Below are positions 13,901 to 23,615 of a stretch of DNA of 64,000 nucleotides, in pieces. Every line of letters starts with the position of its first letter. The first letter of the stretch is position 1. Source of the stretch: Bilabrum cf. latius. Lineage: Eukaryota. The position numbers and the translations under genes are program-made. Below the pieces are notes generated by a model. It was not told the origin of the DNA and made no database searches. It saw only the letters and a program-made list of their open reading frames with translations. Where the stretch lies: positions 434,001 through 498,000 of the forward strand of contig OZ237752.1 in the NCBI GenBank assembly GCA_965178125.1, read 5' to 3'.

Positions 13901-16900
13901 CATACGGTCCGTCAGGCGGGACCTGAGGTCGCTGCAGGAAGACCAGGAATCGGCAGCGGTAGCAGCTGAAGGAGATGACTCTGGTGAGGCTGGAGACAAT
14001 GAAGGCCGGCAAGCTTTTGCTAGAAAACGAATCCGAGAGACGCTGCTGCAAACGGCACCTTTCATCCAAGCGGTCGCCAACGCGCTGTATAGCGTGTAGA
14101 CGGCATCGAATTCCAACAGTAGGTTGCTTGCATCGAGGGGAATCGCTGGCGTGTGGCAGCGGCTGCTGACGTTCGCACAGTCGATCTGCGGCGCGGCGAT
14201 CTGTGCTGAGCTTGCAGCCGAACCCATCTTGCAGCCAGAACGCGGTGGAGGTGCCGCATCCTCTGCAGCGGATGGCACGGGCGACGCAGAGCAGCACGCC
14301 CCGTGGCTCGCAGGCACAGACCCGTGCGAGGCTACCAGCGAATGGAGACCGCACTACAAGGGCAGCCAGGAGCAGCAAGTGGGTCGCTCGGCGTTGGTCA
14401 AGACCTGCCTCAGGGGCTTGCAGACGGCCGTGGTGTCTAGCCTCGAACGAGCCCGCGAGGCAGAGCTGGACATGGCCAATGAGGCGGAGCAGTCCATGCC
14501 CGAGCGAGTTCCCAAGATCACTGCGGCAAGCAGCGATTTCAGGTTGGGACCCGGTCTGCTGGCCAGTCTCAGCGTTGCACCGCCGAGGGTAAATCTGCTT
14601 TCGCTCTCAGATGAAATGCGGGAACTGGCCGCGCTTGGTTCTGGCGAGGCTCGACTCAACCCGAGCGACTCCACCGCAATGGTACAGCGACTGCTCGACG
14701 CGGCACCCTTCCTGCGTAGGCCGATCGACCTGCAGCTGGCCATGCGCGGGAATGGGCTCCTGGGCAGCATCGCTTCGATTGCGAAAGGTATCGTGGCCCA
14801 CGCAGCTCCAGAGAGGGCTGACGCCAGGGGGACCGACGAAGTTGAGGATCCAGCAGCTGCTGCTGCCGGCCCCTCCGGTGCAGCTAGTGCCAGCATCTAC
14901 GGCAGTCCGTACGCGTCGGTGTCGCCATCGGCTCCCATCTCCGCAGGGGCCACCCGCCTGCATCGCGGATAGGCTGGTGTCGGGCTGTCGGGTGCATTAC
15001 ATGCGCGCGCTCTTGCTCTGGATCGGCCGCTGCAGCAGTCCATGTTTGCCGTCTCGCAGGTGCTGCACTTCTGCTTGCCGCACGCCGCGCCTCCAAAGGC
15101 GGGGTGTAAGCTGAGGGCTCATTCGAAGGACTCGCTTGCGAAAGCCTACTGCCCGCCGCCGTACCGTGTGGATGACGCACCCACCACGGATGAGGCTAAG
15201 GCACGCGACGCCAAGATTCAGCTGTCGTTGTAGCGGCAGTGCGGGTTGCTTTATCCTACTCGAAGGTTTTTTGTCGAAGAGAAGGGCAAGCAGTGGAACG
15301 GAGGGCTGCCGACTCCAGAGAATAACCGATCATTTTAGCCATCTCGCGCCCCCCATTCTCAAACTGAAATCCTGTTCAGCCTGTGGGCAACGTTTGGCAA
15401 TGCACAGGGCGGCAGGCAGGCGCCCCCGCAAGCAGCTGGTTTCCCGCTGGTGCTAGTGCCTGATCGTACGGTCACAAACGCTGCCATATACATGGTTCGC
15501 AGGCTTGCAGATGCAGGGCCGGAGATGCTCGCCGCCCTGCTACTGATGGACGCGCACTGGTACTTGCTATACATTGCACTGACGTGCCCGGAGCAGGCGG
15601 TGGCCGCCAAGGCAGTGGACTGCTTGATGCACGTGCGATCAAGCATGGATAAGGTATGCGCTGCCGCCGGCAACGGCGATTTGGACCGGGAAGAAGAGGA
15701 GAATGGAGAGGACGGAGAAGGCAAGCAAGAGGAGGGGGGCGCTGGCGCAGCCGTATCTGCGGCTGGCTCAGATGGTGTGCGGCCAGCACCAGTCGACACT
15801 ACCGGTGTGGAGGAGTCGCCCAGGCACACCATGTCGTTGGGATCCCGGCGACTATCCGCGCTCGCGGGCGTGGAGGCTCGGACTCAGGCGAAGGTGCGCT
15901 CACGCCAGCGGCTTCTTCTGACTGTGCGAGACCTCTGCGACAAGGTGTCTGCAATTCTCAACACGCTGTTGCCGCAGAAGGTCAACGAGGCCAGGCGCTT
16001 GTCTGGAGCAGCTGCCTCTGCTGTGCTTAGGGCCGTCCACACAAACTCGGCAAGGCTCTAGTACGTATCAAGGAGCCGCTCCGAAGCAGCTATGCGGTGT
16101 TTCCATCATGTGGCAGTGGCAGAATCGAGCGGGCCGTTCTTCCGAATCCCGGCTGTTAGGTATCCGCCGCTCCTGCGGATCGGGGCACTCATGGGTTTTG
16201 CACCGCTGGCCAATGCGTGGGCGGACCAAGCAGCCGCTCCGGAAGGAGTTTATGACAATGGGTACCGAGGCGTGTACATGGCAGGCCGGAAGGCAGTCAG
16301 TGCGAACGGTGGTGCCAGTCGCCAGCTGTTGGACTGCATGAGGTTCGTGACTCTCGCGCCAACAAGCACCGCCGAGTCGCGCGCAGAGTCGCTGCACGCG
16401 GTCGACAGGATGAGCTCGGTGGTGCATTCCACGGACGTGCTCGATATCACCAAGGCAGTCCTGGCTGTCAACACTGCCGGTGCTGCGCTCGGCAATGAGG
16501 CCGGCTCCGTCAAGCTTGGCAACCTCGATCGAGTGGGCGAAGAGTGGAAGCGATTCCATTCCGGAGATACGGAGCGTGATGCAAAGCCGCCTAGCTATGC
16601 TCGAGACGTCTGGAACTTTGCAATGTGGAGCGTCGGCGACGACAGGTCTCTGGGGAGCGAAGCTGCTTCGGCAAGCGCCCACACGTTTAGCTTGCCTCAA
16701 CCGCGCTCCATGTTTGTGGTTTCTTCCATCGCGAACGTGCTTCTAGCAGACGTGCAGGCGCTCGAGGACATGAACGACTTGGCGCTGCAGGCGGCCCGGC
16801 GGGAAGTCGACGTGCTCATCACACTGGATGCCGCTGAGGCAGCTGCGGCCGAGGCAGCTGACGGCGAGGACGATGGCGTGCAGGAAATGGACGTTTCGGA

Positions 16901-18221
16901 TGATATCGGCGGGGCAGTGGAGCTACTGGATGCAGGCGAGTCGGGCGGGATGACCGGTGGTGACGATGACGAGACGATACGGCAAGACGAGTAGGAGATT
17001 GCTGCTTCTGCGGCCGCCGGAGGTGCAGGTGCTGCGCTGCTGGCACGGGCCGCTGCAGGCGAATCTGGTAGGAGTGACGGCACAGGCAGGAGTGATTCCG
17101 GCGATGACGCTGATACCGACGGAACGGGTGGAGTCGTCAGGGAGGAGCGCGAAGGGGACGACGATGATGCTGCAGGAGCGGCTGGTGAGGGCGACGCTGG
17201 GAGGGCAACTGGTACTGTTGAAGGGGCCGGTGATCCGTCTGCAGCTCCTAGCCCGGCGCCGAGCGAGGCTGGAGATGGCAGTGCCGGCCCTAATTCCGGT
17301 ACAACCGGTGGCGGGGAGACCCCCGTGACTGAGGATGCAGACGCATCCGGAGAGGCTGGTTCGCACGGTGAAGGTGGGCAGCAGGCTAGCAGCCAGGCGG
17401 CTGGTGCAGGCGGATCGAGCGGATCTGCAGCGGCCGCTGACACAGGTGAAGGTAGCCCAAGCGTCACTTCTGCTGCCGGAGTATCCGCAACAGTGGCTTC
17501 AGCTGCGCCCGTTTCCCCCGCACAACCCCCGGCGGTGCCAAGCACGAGCGCTTCCCCTGGTGTGGGCGAGCCATCCGGGGAGGTGGGCGGGTCTCCTAGT
17601 AGGCAGAGCGACGCCGGCGATCCTGGGGCGCACGAGGACGAGGGACAGGATGCTGCTGCTGCTGCTGCTGCTGCTGCGGAGGAGGAGGAGGAGGGGGAGG
17701 AGGAGGGCACATCCGGTGAGAGTGATCGTGGGGAGGGCGATGGTGAGGATGAGGATGAAGGGGAGGGCGAGGCAGGCGCACCTGCTGACAATGAGGAAGA
17801 GGAGGAGGAGGAGGCGACAGGCGAGGAGGGAAATGATGGTGTCGAGCAGCAGGCCACAGGCAGGGATGATGAGGCTACTAGTGATGGAGCTGCCGGTGAA
17901 GAAGCCTAGAACGCTGACGAAGACCAAAACGGCAATGCCGAGGAGAACGGGTACTAGTAGCAGTAGATGGGAGAGGGGGGCGAAGAAGATGGTGCCGCTG
18001 AAATGGCACGGACTCACAGCGAGCTGGATGACGAGGTGGTGGATCACGGTGATCCAGACGATGGTGAACTGGGAGCGCCTGCGGGTGGTGCTACATCGGA
18101 TGATGGGGGTGGGGCAGCCGGCGAGGGGGAGGACGGCGTGGGAGGCGCTGCCGCCGAGTCTGACGGAGAGGAAGAAGAAGAGGATGACGAAATGGAGGAG
18201 ACCCATGATCCCACCAACTGA
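1916..18221 (+). CDS. Giant (~5,350 aa) RME-8/DNAJC13-like endosomal protein; one continuous frame when TAG is read as sense (predicted introns 2141-2228 and 2940-3089)
   Basis: All consecutive + ORFs from 2229 to 18221 are in one frame, separated only by 27 TAG codons with no TAA/TGA, and it ends TGA 18219. Predicted exon 1 (ATG 1916 or 1943 to 2140, one more TAG at 1994) joins in phase. Segments recall RME-8: PH-like RRPLLLRCAAKDTLLAHIERASSKRVRIPL, VRRTLAFTDTHVLEV and LAIHLRGGVTRHYVT; WRFLSCVPAWGV; IWN-like LQWTPNMRRHAM...SRIGTYDLRLV. Acidic low-complexity C-terminus. The single-gene call is strong and the family call moderate. Confidence 0.7.
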
Positions 18222-18445
18222 GTTTGGAATTGCCAGGCATGCATTGCGCCTCCCCGAAATGAGAGGTTAGAACCGCCGGAGTGCGGTGCGGCTCGTCGAT
18301 CCGTGGACGAGCATGTTTCCACAAATAGACTGAGGCTAAATTATTTTGGCATCACATCGCACTTGACAAAAACGGCGTTGTGACTGCACAGCAAGACTGT
18401 CGTCCTATCTGCTGCAATAGCACGCAAGATCCAAAAGGAAGTGCA

Positions 18446-20137
18446 ATGGCAAGCGTGTTTGCCGCCGTTGCCGGTCTATTTGCGAGCGTTCACAACACTA
18501 CCAATTGGTCGGAAAACATCAAGTATTGTGACGGATTTAGCAGCTGCGTTCATATTGCTCCGGATGGGGAGGCAGCGGTGCAGGAGGCGGTTCGGGAAGC
18601 AGAATCACACGGTCGCCCGGTGCATGCAGTGGGTACCAGACACTCATTCAGCTCTGTTGCGGATGTCCCACCTACTGGGGTTCATATAAGCTCTATCGCA
18701 GGCCTTTCGTCGATCATTGGTTTGCATGCAGTTGCTGACATGGATAGCGAGGTATGGGACAGCTTTGGGCTTGCAAGCGACGTCGCGGCGGTAGTTGAGT
18801 TGGAGCCCGGGGTGACGTACGCCGCGGCTGGAAAATACCTGTACGCCAGGGGACTGGCTCTGCGGAACTACGCCTCGCTGCCGCACATTTCGGTGGGAGG
18901 TGCCGTGTCGACGTGGACGCACGGGTCTGGGCTGCGCCAGGGCTCCCTCGCCACCCACGTGGTTGGAATCCGGCTTGTCACTGGTGGTGGCAAGATAGTT
19001 GAGTATAGAAAAGGGCGCGATTTGGAATTCTTTGGGGCCGTTGTGTCCGCCGGAGGGCTGGGCGTGATCACTCGGTTGTGGCTGGAGACGATCCCCGCCT
19101 TTGACATCGCGCAGTGCATCGCGCCCAGAGTGCTCGCCGCCCCGGTTCTCAAGACGACAGAGGACTTCGCCCGCGTCATGGGCGACGCCTACAGCACCAG
19201 CCTGTTCATCGACTACTCGGAGCCGGAAAGGTTCGCCTCGGTGTGGCGCAAGGTGGTCGTGGGACCCCCCGTGCACCCTCTCGAAGGATTCGCGAGCGAC
19301 CCGGAGCGAGCGGGACTCGGAGCCGAATCACTCCTGGGCGGGGCCCCGCACGACGAGGCGTGCGCCGGAGACCTCATCCACCTCGATTCGGAGGATCCTC
19401 TTGTTCCCTCGGGGCGGTCTTTCCACCCCGTGCCGCTCCAGCCCGCCGAGGACTGCACCCCCGCGGCAGTGGCTGGGCCGGGGCACTGGCGACTCCCGCA
19501 CTTTCGGCCGGATGGATAGCCCAGCGCGGGCGGTGACGAGCTGCAGTCGGAGTTTTTCGTGAGGATGACCGATGCCACGGGGGCCATAGGCGCCCTACTC
19601 GATCCAGCGGTTGCAACCGTTCTGGCCCCGCTGGTCCGGGTCACCGAGGTGCGGGCGGTGAGGGAGGACCGCTTCTGGCTGTCTCCGTGCAGGATGCCTT
19701 CCTCTGCCGCGGTCGCGGGTCACCATGGGAGTGGCATCCCAGTCGACGTGACGAGTGACCACCACGGGCAGCTGCACCTGGACGAAGAAGTCATGCAGTC
19801 GGCGGGGAGGGCGTGCGTGGGGTTGCACTTTACCTGGATCCGGGACGAAGACAGGGTGGCCAAAGTGGGTCTGCCTGCCGTGTTGTCCGCGCTCGATGCG
19901 TTCCGAGCGGTTCCGCATTTGGGCAAGCTGTCCGGCATGGGGGCCGACGAAGCGGGAGGGAGGTACGAATCCAGCTCTGCGGGGGGCATCACTGAGTTTT
20001 TGGAGCTGAAATCGAGGCTCGATCCGAAAGGGACGTTCACGAACGCGTACTTGAAGGGGTTCTTGCAAGCGGGCCGGAAGCAGCAGCAGCCGGCCCGCAA
20101 TGGTGCTGGTGGCGTGGCTGGCTCCGAGGAGTTATGA
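18446..20137 (+). CDS. FAD-linked oxidase, alditol/xylitol oxidase (AldO)-like, FAD_binding_4 + ALO domain, 563 aa, intronless; in-frame TAG at 19517
   Basis: Motifs NWSENIKY, VGTRHSFS (His for covalent FAD), NYASLPHISVGGAVSTWTHGSG, GGLGVIT, WRLPHFRPDG*PSAGGDELQSEFFV, LHFTW, PHLGK and LDPKGTFTN. Ends TGA 20135-20137. Confidence 0.88.
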
Positions 20138-20616
20138 ATTGATTGCGAATAGCCTGCGATATACTCGGGCATGATGTGATGCGTCGGACTGACTTTGCGT
20201 AGCTAGTACTTTGGAGGACAGCAATCAATTGGAGAATGACCCATCATCAGATGTGCAATATTCCGGATTAGTCCGAGCGGTGACTTCAACCGCGTCGTCG
20301 CGCCCCGCACGCGTGGGCTCTCTCTTAAGTATTGTGAGTATCGATAATGAGCCGTGATGCTGGCTTGCCGGCTATTTTCCTGGTAGAATGAGTGAGTGCT
20401 GACGAGGCATCGATCTCTGACTATGGTTGCATTCCATCGCAATATGACTCCTTCGAATGTAACTTCATTGCGGCAGCAAAAAGCAAACAAGAATCTTTTG
20501 ACATAGCAACACTACTTATGACCGAAGAGCACACGTAGATAACTGCATGTGCTGGCAAATTGCACGTTGCGCCATCGGTCGGCGAAACACAGACCATCGC
20601 CGCCGGGCCGGCGAAA

Positions 20617-21246
20617 TCAATCCGTCGCGCCGGCGGTGTGATCCGAAGCACCCTCCAAATTTCTGCTGTCGGGGCTTGCTTTCGCGATTGCAGCGCTTAC
20701 AAGCGAAACGTTGGACCCGAATACCATTCGAAGGTCACTATCGTTCCATGCAACCGTGCCAGCTCCTGCCTCGGCAGGTGCGGCTGCCGAGATTCCAGTG
20801 CCACGTGCAACCTCTCCCTCAAGGCCCCATGTGGTGCCGGTTTCCACTTCGGCGGACTCTAGCTCATCCTCAAATGGTAGCTGTACTCCCATGATAAATG
20901 ACTTGCTGTATTTGCTCATTTGGCGGTCCTACTTACGCCGGATATGGTCAGATCGCGAGAACGCCGCGGAGCTGGGTGACTGTTCATCGTCTCGCGCTGT
21001 CGCAGCGAAGGTCTCTGTTGCGGCCGAGCGGCCGCATCCCTCGTCGCGCGAGTCTACCCGTTGCTTTTGCTATAATCCATCCCTATCATGACTTTGCCAT
21101 CTACTGCATATACGTCTCAACGTAGGTGCCTTCGTTGATCTACTGGCAGCAGACTTTCTAGCACGGTGCGCCTTACTTGCTCTGGAACCGCCAGACAAAG
21201 TCGTCAGACATGGAATTTTAGCTTTCATTTCTGAAATTGCATCCAT
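20617..21246 (-). CDS. Hypothetical protein (~209 aa), visible only with TAG read as sense
   Basis: ORF-track fragments 21070..21444 and 20617..20919 are in the same minus frame, bridged by an open stretch with TAG at 21072 and 20931 (GL*QKQR, RK*DRQM). Likely ATG at 21246 (MDAISEMK). Ends TGA. No recognisable domain. Confidence 0.45.
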
Positions 21247-21456
21247 TTTGTCGCTTTGAAGATGCAAATTCTTCGGTCTCAAAGAGAAGTCTAGCACATC
21301 TTTCGGAGGTCGAGGTGCCCCAGCGGTGCGCCTTGCGGCTCTCGGGGAAACGCCGCTGGTCGCAACAACGGGGCTGTCGCAATCGGCAAACAAAATCGCA
21401 AATGTACTTCTTCTGAAAAAGAATTTGAACCACGGTGTCTTCAATCATTACAATAA

Positions 21457-23034
21457 TTATGGTTGCAGAGCGGACGCGCCAGCATCCGCTGCCCCGGCAC
21501 CATTCACATCCGAGTGCACAGGCGTCTGCTGCATCGGTGCAGAGCCTCCACCTCCACTCTCGACTTGCCGCTGGTCCTGCTAGCCATCAGCGCCATTCCG
21601 TGTCCAACGCCTGTGAATCTAGGCATTTTCTTCATTGGTACTGCCCGATTTCGCATCCCTATCAGCCCCAGAGCTCCCGCCCAACTGCTGCCGATGCTAG
21701 TGCTAGTGCTAGTGCTAGATCTACTCCTGTTGCTGGTGCTCTCCTCCGTAGGACCAGCCCTGCAGGTCCTCGTCCGTGACTGCGAGCAAATCGTCCTCCT
21801 CATCAGCATCCTCTCCATCGACATGCAGTAGCGGCTTACCGTCCGACTCCAAACCACCCCCTGCACCTGATGTCTTTCCCGAGGAACCGCTGCCACCGGA
21901 AGACCCGTGCCCACTCGTCACAATCTTCACCCGCCGCGGCAGCCCCTGCCCGCGGCTTGCCAGAAGTCGGTCCTCCCTGAAGAAACACAGCAAAACTAGC
22001 CATGCGCACATGCCTACGCACGCGCCGATCGCGGCGCAGTGCATCGACACGGCCAGCCCCGCATCCAGCACCTCGAGCGCCTCCTCTCCTGCTCCCGCTC
22101 CCCCGCCGCTGCCGCTGCCACCGGGCGCTACCTGCGCCCCTCCTGGCTGAGTTCTCATCTGCTCCGCCGCCCGAGACCAAGTCTCTACCAGGGGTCTCTG
22201 CTCTTGTTCCCCATCCCCCATCAGGTAGCCCCCCTCTCCCATCCCCGAAGGGGCCCACACATCGGCGCCCTGCGCATCTGCTGCAGCCATTGCTGTCTCC
22301 TTGACCACCCACAGCCCAGCGAACGCCCCCGCAATGGCGCTGGTGGCTACCAAGTATGGTCTTACAGATGGATGGATCGCGTAGAAGAATTTCCCGGCGA
22401 GTATGTCTCTCGAGCCATTCCGGACCCTGCGGGTGAACCAACGTACTGCGATGCCGTTGGTCGAGTCCACCAAGATCGTAGCAAGCAACGGGCCGGTGGA
22501 ACAGCCAACTATGGCACCTAGTAGGGCCTACCCAGCCAGATGCACCCCATCTAATGTACCAAAACCGAATAAGAGAAGTATAGCTGCGGACCCGGCCAGC
22601 AGCATGGCGTGAGTTTGCGAGAGCACAAACCAGAGAATGCTCTCATGAGATGCTCGTTCCTGCTTGCTCGATTCATATTCAGCTGATTTGCCTTGGTTTC
22701 CGCTTGCTGCACTGGGTTCTGACGCCCCACTGCAGCAAGCAGCACCTCCCTTTGCACATGCCCCCAACACGAGAAGAGATGCCGCGCACCCCGACACAAA
22801 CAAGTCATTTCTGGACTGCAGCAGTCCAAGTGTGATAATACAAAGCACGGCTGCCCCATACGCACCACTTAAACCCTGCAAACGGAAGCAAGGGACAATA
22901 CAATGCTTCTTGACAGTCTATACTGTGTGCTACGAGCTGGGATCACATTCAGATAATCAATTACTCACAGCCCCGCTGGATGACCATATGACCTCATTGG
23001 TTGAGCAAGCGTGCCCTTTATCGTCCTTCACCAT
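21457..23034 (-). CDS. PAP2-superfamily (DOLPP1-like) multi-pass membrane protein with Q/H-rich tail, ~494 aa; intron 22876-22968; 8 in-frame TAG
   Basis: ATG 23034 opens a 22-codon exon, followed by a phase-0 GTGAGT..TTGCAG intron. Several hydrophobic segments. RASHESILWF resembles DOLPP1 PSSHSQFMWF, and GVHLAG*ALLGAIVG resembles PAP2 motif C3 HxxxQVxxG. Ends TAA at 21459-21457. Confidence 0.62.
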
Positions 23035-23615
23035 ACTAATCACTGGTCAATCGTGGAAACTAGGCACGCCGGCTCCATTGCAATTTTTATTTTGTACAGT
23101 GTGGTTTATTATGACATAAAATATACCAGATTATGAAATCCGAATCGGCGACCGATGGCTGCCGACCAGCAGCGAAAGGGTGGCACAGAAAGCGAAGTAA
23201 CGCCTCTCGCTTCGCCAGACCGGTACAACACTCATAGTAGGGCAGGGCAGACCGACGTGGATTGTTGAAGAAGGGGCAAGCGGGCACCAAGCCGAGATTG
23301 ATCCGGAGTGACCGACAAATTGCAGCCAGAAACCAGGTGAGCAATGTATTTGGTGCGTATAGCTCCAATCATCAGCGATTCTTCGACATATTACACACAT
23401 TGGGCATGCCTGCCAACACGATTGCGCACCTTAAGTGGTTGCGGACCGGCGAATCGGTGTCTGTGTAGCCCAGACGTGCACTGCCAGCCCCAGCTCAGCG
23501 TAAGTGACACGTTCACGCTTGACTGACGCCGCAGTTGTGGGCACGACGGTCTGATACGTCGATAAAACCAGGTCATAAAGTTTTCCAGTGGATGGATTTT
23601 AAATAGTAGGCTCCT

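Noticed and set aside
16697-17857. Long antisense or alternate-frame ORFs (e.g. 16697..17857 -, 26871..28265 -, 31627..32967 -, 52054..53277 +, 54463..55428 +)
   Set aside because: These are shadow ORFs of GC-rich low-complexity coding sequence with no motifs.
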